Part shown: positions 47,745 through 56,923 of the stretch, piece after piece
Layout: each line of letters starts with the position of its first letter
Position numbering within the stretch: position 1 is the stretch's first letter
Origin: an uncultured Syntrophaceae bacterium
GTDB lineage: Bacteria > Desulfobacterota > Syntrophia > Syntrophales > UBA5619
Assembly: GCA_964637025.1 (NCBI GenBank)
Contig: CAZWTL010000007.1
Coordinates: 5,112 to 69,111, forward strand
Direction of reading: 5' to 3'
DNA: 64,000 bases
Position numbers and translations under genes: made by a program
Notes under the pieces: model-generated
Databases searched by the model: none
What the model saw: only the letters and a program-made list of their open reading frames with translations
Told to the model about the DNA's origin: nothing

Positions 47745-47971
47745 AGCCTTGTCCTCCTTTTCTGTGGTTTGTGATTCTTGGGTTGTTGTCCAAAATCGAG
47801 CCCGGGATCGCCTTCCGGATGAAGTTCCCCGCGATGGCCGGTTCCCGGCGGCCGTATCACGCCGGATTTCCCGAGGGCATACCCTCGGAGTCCGTCCCGC
47901 ATGCTTTTCCGTGCCCACATGAGGCCCTCATGATACCCATCGCTGGAGGCCTCCGCCTTTCCCGGCTGCGT

Positions 47972-48811
47972 TCAGGCGGATGCTTGCCTGGCAGGCAGGC
48001 TGAGGATTCGTCGCGTATCGGCCGGCGTAGCGATGTCGTTGCCGTATTCCCGCGTGAGACGCACGATGCGTTCCACCAGTTCGGCGTTGGTCTTCGCCGG
48101 AACGCCCCGGCTCAGATAGATGTTGTCTTCCATGCCTACCCGGATATGGCCCCCCAGGATGAGCGCCATGGTTGCCATGGGGAGATAACCGCGGCCAATC
48201 CCGATGACGGACCAGGTGGCACCGGGCGGCAGCAACTCATATTGGTGGAGCAGGGATTTCGGGGTTGCCGGTGCCCCCGATGGGGTTCCCAAAACGAACT
48301 GGATGTGCAGGGGGTCTTCCAGTCTGCCTTCTTCACGCATCCTGAGGGCAGTGACCAGCATGCCCGCGTCGAAGATTTCGATTTCCGGCTTGACGCCCGC
48401 CTGCTTCATACGTCCGGCCGCCTCGTCGAGAAATGAAGGCGGGTTGGCGAAAACATGGCCTCCAAGGTTGATGGATCCTGCGTCGAAGGATGCCAGTTCG
48501 GGCCGCAGAACAAGGGGGGATAGGCGTTCGTCGACGGGAAGATTTCTCCCCGGGATGCCGCTCGTCGTCAGGCACAGCAAGAGATCCGTCTGCGCCCTGA
48601 GCGGTTCCACGACACGGCGGAACAGTTCCAGGTCCTGGCTTCCCAAACCTGTTTCCGGGTCCCTGACGTGGATATGAACGATCGAGGCCCCGGCCCGCCA
48701 GCATTCCATGGCCGATACCACGATTTCATCCGTCGTGATGGGAATATAGGGTGCGATGTCTCGGGTCATGCGGCTCCCCGTGATGGCCGCCGTGATGATC
48801 GTCTTTTCCAT
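47972..48811 (-). CDS. beta-keto acid cleavage enzyme (BKACE/DUF849; 3-keto-5-aminohexanoate cleavage enzyme family)
   Basis: Trimmed to the ATG at 48811 (MEKTIITAAITG). SIVHIHVRDPETG and GGHIRVGMEDN motifs. Confidence 0.85.
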   Translation of the reverse strand: MEKTIITAAITGSRMTRDIAPYIPITTDEIVVSAMECWRAGASIVHIHVRDPETGLGSQDLELFRRVVEPLRAQTDLLLCLTTSGIPGRNLPVDERLSPLVLRPELASFDAGSINLGGHVFANPPSFLDEAAGRMKQAGVKPEIEIFDAGMLVTALRMREEGRLEDPLHIQFVLGTPSGAPATPKSLLHQYELLPPGATWSVIGIGRGYLPMATMALILGGHIRVGMEDNIYLSRGVPAKTNAELVERIVRLTREYGNDIATPADTRRILSLPARQASA

Positions 48812-48851
48812 ACGTTGCTCCTGGCCTCCCAGAGTGATCCAATCCAGAATT

Positions 48852-50201
48852 TCAGAATCCCATTTCCTTCTCCACCTCCCCGATGGAACGATCCAGGATC
48901 TCCACAAGTTGGTCGATTTCATCCTCGGTGATGATGAAGGGAGGCGCCAGAAGGATATGATCTCCTCGGATCCCGTCCGCACCCCCTCCGCCCGGGTAGC
49001 AGATCAGGCCGCGTTCAAAGGCACGCTTGCCGATACGGGTGTTGATCTTTTCTTTGGCTTCGAACGGCTGTTTTGATGGTCTGTCTCTGACGAATTCAAT
49101 CCCCGCAAATAGGCCCAAGCCGCGCGTATCCCCGACAATCGGATGATTGCGAAGGCCCTCCAGACGCCTCAACAGTTGCACCCCCATGACAGCGGAGCGG
49201 TTCACGAGATCATGCCGGGTGATGTAATCCAGAACCGCGCCGGCGATGGCGCAGGAGAGGGGATTCTGGCTGTAGGTGTGGCCGTGTACGAAGGCGCCGG
49301 ACCCCTTCTTGATCGTGTCATGGACGGTTCCCGTGGTGACGACGCATCCGATGGGCGTATAGCCGCTGGCAAGCCCTTTGGCGCAGACGATCATATCGGG
49401 AACCGTATCCCAGTGGTTGATCCCCAGAGGCTTTCCTGTCCGGCCGATCCCCGTCATGACCTCATCGACGATGAGAAGCACGTCGTAGCGGTCGCAGATC
49501 TGCCGGATGCGATGAAAGTATCCCGGGGGCGGCACGAGGGCGCCCGCGGTCGCTCCGACCACCGGCTCCGCAACAAAAGCCGAGACGGAATCGGGGCCCT
49601 CGTACAGGATGGTTTGTTCGAGATCGTCTGCGCATTCGAGGTTGCAGTCGTTGGGCGTTTGTCCGAAAGGACAGCGGTAGCAGTAAGCGGGAGCGATATG
49701 AGGGGTATGTTGCATGAGGGGCAGGTAGTTCTTGCGTCTTCCCGTGTGACCGCTGAGGGCGAGTGCTCCAAGGGTGTTTCCGTGGTAGCTGGTCCAACGC
49801 GAGATGACCTTGTACTTCGAGGGAATCCCGCGTTCCACCTGGTATTGCCGGGCCAGCTTCACGGCCGTTTCCACCGCTTCCGACCCGCCGGAGAGGAAAT
49901 ATACGCGCGCAAGGCCTGGAGGACACAGGGCAACGAGCCGGTCGGCAAGGGCAATGGCTGCGGCGCTGGTGAACTGGGACCCATGGGCGAAGGCGAGCAT
50001 GCCGGCCTGCTTCAGCATGGCATCTCGGATCTCGGGAACGCCGTGTCCGATGGACACCACCGCCGCCCCGCCCGAACCGTCGAGGTAGCTTTTCCCGTCG
50101 GCATCATAGACGAAGACCCCTTCGCCGCGGACGGCGGTGGGATAGAACTTGGCGGGATTCCGATAAAAAACGTGATCCGTATTCTGGGGTTGTCTTTCCA
50201 T
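48852..50201 (-). CDS. class III (omega-type) PLP-dependent aminotransferase
   Basis: 449 aa. GSEAVETAVKLAR, LLIVDEVMTGIGRTG and AKGLASGY (PLP lysine context). Confidence 0.85.
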   Translation of the reverse strand: MERQPQNTDHVFYRNPAKFYPTAVRGEGVFVYDADGKSYLDGSGGAAVVSIGHGVPEIRDAMLKQAGMLAFAHGSQFTSAAAIALADRLVALCPPGLARVYFLSGGSEAVETAVKLARQYQVERGIPSKYKVISRWTSYHGNTLGALALSGHTGRRKNYLPLMQHTPHIAPAYCYRCPFGQTPNDCNLECADDLEQTILYEGPDSVSAFVAEPVVGATAGALVPPPGYFHRIRQICDRYDVLLIVDEVMTGIGRTGKPLGINHWDTVPDMIVCAKGLASGYTPIGCVVTTGTVHDTIKKGSGAFVHGHTYSQNPLSCAIAGAVLDYITRHDLVNRSAVMGVQLLRRLEGLRNHPIVGDTRGLGLFAGIEFVRDRPSKQPFEAKEKINTRIGKRAFERGLICYPGGGGADGIRGDHILLAPPFIITEDEIDQLVEILDRSIGEVEKEMGF

Positions 50202-50444
50202 GAGATAACCTCCTTCATTGGACTTCCCGGGATCTGTTACCCTGTTTCCGGTGCGGATGCTTCGATGATGATTTGCTTCCGAACCCGTGCTTCCAAGCGA
50301 GGGGGTTGGTCTCGGGCGCCATGCACCCTGATTTCATGAAACCGTCACCCCGTGCAGGCGGCACGGGCGGTGCGGTGAGAAGCGAAGCGGCAGGGCAGCA
50401 TGTCCGCCCTGTCGTTTACCGATGGATGGGCTCCTCCTGCCGCG

Positions 50445-51335
50445 CTAAGACCTCCTTTCATGGTTTGGGCTACGGCGATCCGTACGGGGATTGATGTAGA
50501 TGGCCTTTCGATGCCAGAGTTCTTCCCTTTCCCGGAGGGCCTTCATGGTTTTGTCTTTATCCTGAACGCTCAATGCGGTCAGGAGGGCGTTGACCAGGCT
50601 CATGGCTGATGTAAAGGATTCGATGAAGGAGTCGAGTTTGGAGTGGACGGGAAGGACCCAGTCCGCGTTTCGGGCGAGGGGAGAGATGCAGGAATCGGTG
50701 ATGGCGCCTACCCTTGCTCCCTGTTCTTTGGCGTATTCCAGTATTTCGACGGTCAGTCGGGTATATCGGGGAAGGCTGATCCCGATAACGAGGTCGTTGC
50801 AGTCCATGCCGTGCAGCGTATTCCATATGTCTCCATAGCCGGGAATGACCGGCGACGCGGCCTTCCCCAGGAATCGGAGGTAGAGTGCCAGAACGAGTGC
50901 CGGGGCATGGGCGCCTCGGAGCCCCACGACGAAGATGTTCTTGGCCCGTCTCATATCCTGTACGGCCTGATCAAAGGTGGCCAGGGGGATGTGACGGAGC
51001 GTTTCGGTGAGATTCCGGATATCCTCTTGCATGATCTTTTCCAGGATGTCTCCCCCTATGCGGATGTTGCGGACTGTTCTTTTGAGCCGCGTGACTGTGG
51101 TGAGTTGATCCTGGAGATGGGTGCGGAGCATTTGCTGCAGTTCGGGATAACCGTCGAATCCGAGAGCCTGAGCAAGCCGCACAATGGTCGCCTCGCTGAC
51201 GCCCGCCTTCTTGGCCAGTTTGGATCCCGTCAGGAAGATCGCCTCTTCATAATGGTCCATGAGGTATTGGGCGACGCGTTTCTGCGCCTCCGTCATCCTG
51301 GACCGGCTGTTGAAGAGTAGGGTTGAAAGCGGCAT
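50445..51335 (-). CDS. MurR/RpiR-family transcriptional regulator (HTH plus SIS)
   Basis: 296 aa. HTH_6 segment (EAQKRVAQYLMDH...) followed by a SIS domain. Confidence 0.85.
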   Translation of the reverse strand: MPLSTLLFNSRSRMTEAQKRVAQYLMDHYEEAIFLTGSKLAKKAGVSEATIVRLAQALGFDGYPELQQMLRTHLQDQLTTVTRLKRTVRNIRIGGDILEKIMQEDIRNLTETLRHIPLATFDQAVQDMRRAKNIFVVGLRGAHAPALVLALYLRFLGKAASPVIPGYGDIWNTLHGMDCNDLVIGISLPRYTRLTVEILEYAKEQGARVGAITDSCISPLARNADWVLPVHSKLDSFIESFTSAMSLVNALLTALSVQDKDKTMKALREREELWHRKAIYINPRTDRRSPNHERRS

Positions 51336-51403
51336 GAAATTAATCTTTCATGGGAAAGATTTAATGAAGTGATTATTTCATTGCAGCCGTTCCCTGTCAA
51401 GAG

Positions 51404-51427
51404 GATTTTTCGTCGATTTTTCGTCGA
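51404..51427. repeat. tandem direct repeat GATTTTTCGTC, 2.2 copies
   Basis: Read directly: GATTTTTCGTC at 51404-51414 and again at 51415-51425, then GA. Located in the divergent rpiR/radical-SAM intergenic region. Confidence 0.6.
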
Positions 51428-51553
51428 GGGAATTTCCGTCAGTCGCTGAGAACAGCCTTGATAAATGGTGGGCGATCCGATACGTAACGAAGCGACCGTG
51501 CCGGAATGGCGCCCTGCCGGTCGGCCCGGCACGGTATCTGACCCAGACGGAGG

Positions 51554-53128
51554 ATGAGATTGCACCCCTACAACGCACGATCCGTGAGGCAGAGAAATCA
51601 GGCCATTTTGCTCGTACATCCGCCGCAGGCAAAGGGTTGTGAGGCGCCCGGAGGACCGGCGCGTCTGGCGGGTTCGCTTCGCCGTCACGGAATCGCCTGC
51701 CGGATATGGGACGCAAATGTCGAGGGGCAGTTGAATCTGATGGAAACCGGTCGAAACCGGGCGCAGGAGGCCGATACGTGGTCCCGGAGGGCGGCAAGGC
51801 ACTTCGAGGAGAACCTCGCGGCGCTCAGGTCGAGGGAAGGTTACCAAAATGCAGACCGTTACCGTCGTGTGGTCATGGATCTCAACCGCCTGCTCGCCGA
51901 GGCCGCGGAACCTCACGGCGTACGGCTGAGCCTGGCCGATTATGAAGACCATCTGCGGTCTCCCGTGCGCAGCGGGGATCTGCTTCAGGCTGCAGCAGCG
52001 CCGCAAGGCAACCCCTTTTATCCATGGTTCAGCAGACGCATTCCTGAAATCTTCGCGGAAGCCCCGATCTCGCACGTCGGATTTTCCCTCAATTACCTGA
52101 GCCAGGCCCTGACGACTTTTGCCATGATCGGTTTCATCCGCAGGGAATTCCCCGCCGTCCGGATCGTCATGGGAGGAGGGCTTGTCACCTCCTGGTTGCG
52201 GCGGCCCGACTGGAGGGACCGCTTCGACGTCCTGGTGGATCGATGGATCGCCGGGCCGGGGGAGGTACCGCTTCTGGAACTCATGGGAAGGAATCACGAC
52301 GGCGGCCCCGATATCCCGAATTTGTGGGGGTTCAGTCTGGCCGATTGCCTTGCCCCTGGGACCATTCTTCCTTACAGCGCCTCCAGCGGATGCTGGTGGC
52401 GCCGCTGCACCTTCTGTCCGGAGCGGGCCGAAGGGAATCCCTACCGTCCGATCGAACCCCGGCGGGTCGCGGCGGAACTTCAAGACCTCGTGGCGGAGAC
52501 GAGGCCCGCCCTGATCCATCTCCTCGACAACGCGATCAGCCCCATGCATCTCGATGCCCTGATCCGGCGACCTCCCGGCTCGCCATGGTACGGCTTTGCC
52601 CGCGTCACACCGCAGCTGACCGATGAGGATTTCTGCATCCGACTGCGGGAATCGGGTTGCATCATGCTGAAACTCGGGATCGAGTCGGGCGACGCGGCGG
52701 TGCTCGGCGCCCTCAACAAGGGGATCGATCCGAAGACGGTTTCAGCGGTCCTGAAAAACCTGAAAGCTGCGGGAATCGCGGCCTATGTCTATCTCCTGTT
52801 CGGAACGCCCGCCGAATCGCCCGCGTCGGCACGTCTGACTTTGGATTTTGCCGCGGCGCATGCGGAGGAGATCGCATTTTTGAACCTGGCCATCTTCAAC
52901 CTCCCCATTCACGCCTCCGAAGCCATGCGGTTGGATACGGGGGAGTTTTACCCCGGAGACCTCTCACTCTACCGGCCGTTTCGCCACCCGCAAGGCTGGA
53001 ACCGGGGCGTTGTCCGGCGTTTCCTGGAAAGCGAATTCAAACGGCATCCCGACATCGCCGAGATTCTCCGGCGCGATCCGCCCTTTTTCACCTCCAACCA
53101 CGCCCCCTTTTTCGTCATGCCTCCCTGA
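51554..53128 (+). CDS. B12-binding-domain radical SAM protein
   Basis: 524 aa. N-terminal B12-binding-like domain, a Cys cluster GCWWRRCTFC, and Radical_SAM core motifs (MLKLGIESGD). The start is uncertain (ATG 51554 or TTG 51560). Confidence 0.8.
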   Translation: MRLHPYNARSVRQRNQAILLVHPPQAKGCEAPGGPARLAGSLRRHGIACRIWDANVEGQLNLMETGRNRAQEADTWSRRAARHFEENLAALRSREGYQNADRYRRVVMDLNRLLAEAAEPHGVRLSLADYEDHLRSPVRSGDLLQAAAAPQGNPFYPWFSRRIPEIFAEAPISHVGFSLNYLSQALTTFAMIGFIRREFPAVRIVMGGGLVTSWLRRPDWRDRFDVLVDRWIAGPGEVPLLELMGRNHDGGPDIPNLWGFSLADCLAPGTILPYSASSGCWWRRCTFCPERAEGNPYRPIEPRRVAAELQDLVAETRPALIHLLDNAISPMHLDALIRRPPGSPWYGFARVTPQLTDEDFCIRLRESGCIMLKLGIESGDAAVLGALNKGIDPKTVSAVLKNLKAAGIAAYVYLLFGTPAESPASARLTLDFAAAHAEEIAFLNLAIFNLPIHASEAMRLDTGEFYPGDLSLYRPFRHPQGWNRGVVRRFLESEFKRHPDIAEILRRDPPFFTSNHAPFFVMPP

Positions 53129-53300
53129 CCACCAGGGATGTCTTCGATCGGATGATCCTTGATTCATGATCGTCGCGATACGATCGATATGGATAATGCG
53201 CGAGGTCTTCCTGAGACGCCGTGAACCATCGAAACCGGGGGCGACACAACGATGCGCGACCTTCGGCGACCCCGATTCAATACCCCCCTTTGCATTCATT

Positions 53301-53329
53301 TTGCCTTGACAACCCCTTTCTTGTATGAT
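53301..53329 (+). promoter_or_regulatory. sigma-70-type promoter candidate for rpmH operon
   Basis: TTGCCT, a 17-nt spacer, then TATGAT. It lies about 40 nt upstream of the rpmH ATG. Confidence 0.4.
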
Positions 53330-53368
53330 TTATAGAACAACTTATCAATTTAGAATGGGGAATCGATC

Positions 53369-53506
53369 ATGAAAAAGACATTGACGGTATTCAGCAATAC
53401 CAAACGGAAGCGCACCCATGGCTTCCTGGTTCGGATGGCCACCCGGGGCGGCAGGGCGGTGCTCAGCCGCAGACGGGCCAAGGGAAGGAAGAAAATCTGC
53501 CTGTAA
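53369..53506 (+). CDS. rpmH: 50S ribosomal protein L34
   Basis: Not in the ORF track because it is under 60 aa. My own translation gives [45 protein letters not shown], the canonical L34 pattern ([20 protein letters not shown]). Confidence 0.9.
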   Translation: MKKTLTVFSNTKRKRTHGFLVRMATRGGRAVLSRRRAKGRKKICL

Positions 53507-53616
53507 CCGAAGCGTCTAGATCCGAAGCGGTCGGCAGGGCCCCCGGAAAGGGGCGATGCGACGCGGAAGACCATACATTCGGCAGGAAGGAACGCATACG
53601 TAAACGGCAGGACTAT

Positions 53617-53910
53617 TTGCGGATCTATCAGCAGGGGGTACGGAGAGCCTCGAGGCATTTCACCATCATCACCTGCCGTAACCAGAACGGAGTCAGAAGG
53701 CTGGGCATGACGGTCAGCAAAAAAACCGGCAATGCCGTGCAGCGAAACAGGATCAAGCGGCTGCTTCGCGAATTTTTCAGACTGAACAAATCCAAGCTTC
53801 CGGCCTCTCAGGATATCGTGGTCATCGCCAAACGAGGGGTATCGCCGCTGACTTACCGTGATGTCTCCACAGAACTGAGTGACTGCCTGATTCAACAGAC
53901 CGATGGCTGA
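53617..53910 (+). CDS. rnpA: ribonuclease P protein component (5' boundary uncertain)
   Basis: RNR motif [19 protein letters not shown]. In-frame homology ([20 protein letters not shown]) extends upstream of the only in-frame start, TTG 53617. See findings. Confidence 0.8.
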   Translation: MRIYQQGVRRASRHFTIITCRNQNGVRRLGMTVSKKTGNAVQRNRIKRLLREFFRLNKSKLPASQDIVVIAKRGVSPLTYRDVSTELSDCLIQQTDG

Positions 53911-54139
53911 AAGCCTGTTCATGCGGATAATGGGAAAGCTCGTCGTGGCGCTTGTGCGCACATACCAGATCTGCATCTCCCCTTTTCTGGGACCCTGCTG
54001 CCGCTTTTATCCGAGTTGTTCCGAATATGCGATCACTGCGGTACGACGTTACGGCCCGTTTCGGGGAAGCGCCATGGGGCTGAAGCGGATTCTGCGCTGT
54101 CACCCCCTGCATGACGGCGGATACGACCCGGTAAAGTAA
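53903..54139 (+). CDS. yidD: membrane protein insertion efficiency factor YidD
   Basis: 78 aa. [23 protein letters not shown] and [13 protein letters not shown] are hallmark motifs. Confidence 0.9.
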   Translation: MAESLFMRIMGKLVVALVRTYQICISPFLGPCCRFYPSCSEYAITAVRRYGPFRGSAMGLKRILRCHPLHDGGYDPVK

Positions 54140-54161
54140 AATATCGAGACCATCTGGAGGT

Positions 54162-55862
54162 GTGATGGACAAGAGAAGCTTTCTCGCAATTGTCCTGTCG
54201 ATCATCGTATTGCTGGTGTATCAGACCTATTTCGTTAAACCGCCCGCCAAGACGGAAACCGCTCCGGCTCCTCAGCAGCAGGCCGCAGCGACCCAGGCCG
54301 CGAAACCGGAAACCGCTGCAGCGAAAACGGTACCGGATGCGACGGCCGTTCAGCCGACGAACACCGGGAAGATCGCTCTTCCTCAAACCGCCGCCGTCGA
54401 AAAGGATGCCGTTGTGGAGACCCCCCTGTACCGGGCGGTTTTCACGACGCGGGGAGCCGCCCTGAAATCCTTTCAGTTGAAGCAGTACCAGGATCGCCTG
54501 GCCGAGGATGAAGACATCATCGACATCTTCATGCGGTTGATCGGCCAGGGGAAACCCAGAAAGCAGGGCCCTCCGAAACAGATCGAACTGGTCCATGTCT
54601 CCAACGGCATGCCCAAACCTCTGGCCGTATCGTTCCCCGAATCCACTGTGGACATTCCCGGCGACGGATTTTATGATGCGGACGGCGAGCTCCTCGATAT
54701 GACCTCAGGAGGTGAAGCGCGGCGTCTGGTCTTCTCCCAGACCTATCCCGGGGTGCTCAAGGTTGAAAAGGTCTTCACGTTCCACGCGGACAAGTATAGC
54801 TTCGAACTGGAGGTCCGGGTGCAGAACCTCGGGGGCGCACCTCTGAACCAGTACGGCGGGCTGACCTGGTACCAGTATGTCGATCCCGCGGCGCCGGTGG
54901 ACAGCTACGGCCATGACGGCCCTGTCACGTACATCGGGAAGGAGATCGACCGTCCCGAAGTCGGCAAGATGGAGGCGGACAAGACCCTGGGTCCGAATGT
55001 TTCCTGGGGAGGCTTCGAAAGCAAATACTTCATCGCTTCGCTGATCCCCCAGAATCCGTCGCTGACGAGCCTCCGGATGACAAAAGACGCCGGTAACCTG
55101 ATCGCCGTCGGCCTCAAGGGACCCAAAAACGTGATCCCGCCGGGCCAAGTCGGTCTTTTCAATTATTCCCTCTATCTGGGGCCCAAGGATTACAGCCTTC
55201 TCAAGGCACAGAATCTCGGACTGGAAAACGCCATCGATTTCGGCGACTGGCTCAAGTGGCTGGCCATTCCGCTCCTGGTCGTGCTCAAGTTCCTCTACGG
55301 ATACGTCCACAATTACGGGATCGCGATCATCATCCTGACCATCCTGATCAAACTGATCTTTTGGCCCCTGGGAAACAAAAGCTATAAATCGATGAAGGAG
55401 ATGCAGAAGCTCCAGCCGCTGATGCTTTCCCTCCGGGAAAAATACAAGGATGACAAGGCGCGGCTGAGCCAGGAAACCATGGCGCTCTATAAGGCGCACA
55501 AGGTCAACCCCATGGGAGGATGTCTGCCGATGATCGTGCAGATCCCCGTTTTCTTCGGCCTCTATAAGGCCCTGCTCTATGCGATCGAGTTGCGCCATTC
55601 CCCTTTCTTCTGGTGGATTCAGGACCTTTCCGCGAAGGATCCCTATTACATCACGCCGATCGTGATGGGCGCGACGATGTTCATCCAGCAGAAGATGACC
55701 CCCACCGGAGCCGATCCCATGCAGGCGAAGATCATGCTCTTCATGCCGATCATCTTCACCTTCATGTTCCTCAACTTTCCGTCCGGACTGGTCATCTACT
55801 GGCTGTTCAACAACATCATCAGCATCGGACAACAAGTGTACATCAACAAACAACCGGTATAG
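54162..55862 (+). CDS. yidC: membrane protein insertase YidC
   Basis: 566 aa. N-terminal TM segment, periplasmic domain, and a 60-kDa IMP core (GCLPMIVQIPVFFGLY, WIQDLS..DPYYI). Confidence 0.95.
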   Translation: MMDKRSFLAIVLSIIVLLVYQTYFVKPPAKTETAPAPQQQAAATQAAKPETAAAKTVPDATAVQPTNTGKIALPQTAAVEKDAVVETPLYRAVFTTRGAALKSFQLKQYQDRLAEDEDIIDIFMRLIGQGKPRKQGPPKQIELVHVSNGMPKPLAVSFPESTVDIPGDGFYDADGELLDMTSGGEARRLVFSQTYPGVLKVEKVFTFHADKYSFELEVRVQNLGGAPLNQYGGLTWYQYVDPAAPVDSYGHDGPVTYIGKEIDRPEVGKMEADKTLGPNVSWGGFESKYFIASLIPQNPSLTSLRMTKDAGNLIAVGLKGPKNVIPPGQVGLFNYSLYLGPKDYSLLKAQNLGLENAIDFGDWLKWLAIPLLVVLKFLYGYVHNYGIAIIILTILIKLIFWPLGNKSYKSMKEMQKLQPLMLSLREKYKDDKARLSQETMALYKAHKVNPMGGCLPMIVQIPVFFGLYKALLYAIELRHSPFFWWIQDLSAKDPYYITPIVMGATMFIQQKMTPTGADPMQAKIMLFMPIIFTFMFLNFPSGLVIYWLFNNIISIGQQVYINKQPV

Positions 55863-55876
55863 AGGTGCAGTGAGCA

Positions 55877-56782
55877 ATGGAAGGAATTGAAATCGAAGGC
55901 AAGACCATCGATGAGGCGATAGAAAAGGCTTGCGGCCTGTTTCAGGTTCCACGGGAGAAACTCAACATCGAGATTATCGCGGACGGTAGCCCCGGCTTTC
56001 TAGGACTGGGAGCGACAAAGGCCCGAATCAGGGCGGGGCGCTTTTCCATCGACATGACCATCGATGCCGTCGTTCCCGAAGCGGAGGCGCGGGTATCGAC
56101 TGAGACGGAGCAGGGTAAAGGAAGGACGACAGCCGATTCCGGATCCGCTGCCTTTGGCGCGGACGGGCACGGAGAACCCGTCCCGAAAACGCGGCCGAGC
56201 GTCCGGCCGGCGGCTGCAGGACCGCCGGAAAGAATGAAGGCGGTGGAATCCGAGGAATGCCGGAGCGTGCCGAACAAGGAATCCGCCTCCGGCGCCGCGG
56301 AGACGGAGGTGCGGCCCGCAGAGCATGCCAAACACCTTCTCGAAGGCCTGCTGCTGCGGATGAATTTCTCCTCCCCGGTGACGGTCGAGGAGACGGAAGA
56401 GACGATCATCCTGAACATCCAGGGCGATGGCAGCGGTCTGCTGATTGGGAAGCGGGGTCAGAACCTCGACGCCCTTCAATATATCCTTAACAAAGCGGTT
56501 CACCACAGTGCGAACGGCCACAAGATGATCGTGGTCGACACCGAGGGATACCGAAGGCGCCGCGAGGAATCTCTCGTCGCGCTCGCGTTGAGACTCGGCG
56601 AAAAGGTCAAGAAGACCAGAAAGCCCGTGACGGTCGGCCACATGAATGCCCATGATCGGCGCGTCATCCATATGGCGATGCAAAGCGACGAAATGCTGAC
56701 AACGAAGAGCCGGGGGGAAGGCGAGTACAGAAAAATCCTGATCCTTCCGGCGCGCCGCGCAGGCGAAAACGCCGATGCATAA
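55877..56782 (+). CDS. jag: Jag/KhpB-type RNA-binding protein (Jag_N, KH, R3H) with long low-complexity linker
   Basis: 301 aa. N-terminal MEGIEIEGKTIDEAIEKA, KH (IGKRGQNLDALQYI) and R3H (NAHDRRVIH). Confidence 0.85.
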   Translation: MEGIEIEGKTIDEAIEKACGLFQVPREKLNIEIIADGSPGFLGLGATKARIRAGRFSIDMTIDAVVPEAEARVSTETEQGKGRTTADSGSAAFGADGHGEPVPKTRPSVRPAAAGPPERMKAVESEECRSVPNKESASGAAETEVRPAEHAKHLLEGLLLRMNFSSPVTVEETEETIILNIQGDGSGLLIGKRGQNLDALQYILNKAVHHSANGHKMIVVDTEGYRRRREESLVALALRLGEKVKKTRKPVTVGHMNAHDRRVIHMAMQSDEMLTTKSRGEGEYRKILILPARRAGENADA

Positions 56783-56923
56783 TGGCCGACGCGCCCCATC
56801 GGTGGCGCCGGCGGATGAAAAGCGTTTTTTGCAAGCATTACACGGTTCCCGGTCGGCGTGGATCCGCGGATGCGCTCCCGATCCACGGTCACGCAACCAT
56901 TTCGAGCCGGGGGTTCTGGCGAC

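Noticed and set aside
47895-47915. The minus strand reads GTGGGCACGGAAAAGCATGC upstream of the TAXI receptor gene, which looks sigma-54-like.
   Set aside because: With the GGCAC register, the GC element is 1 nt too close. With the alternative register, the -24 bases do not match. Sigma-54 spacing is essentially invariant.
53129-53368. A possible replication origin next to the rpmH-rnpA-yidC-jag-mnmE cluster, suggested by a GATC cluster at 53145-53187 and DnaA-box-like ATTATCCAT and TTATCAATT.
   Set aside because: There are only two weak box-like sequences, no dnaA gene, no AT-rich unwinding element and no box array. The evidence is insufficient to call oriC.
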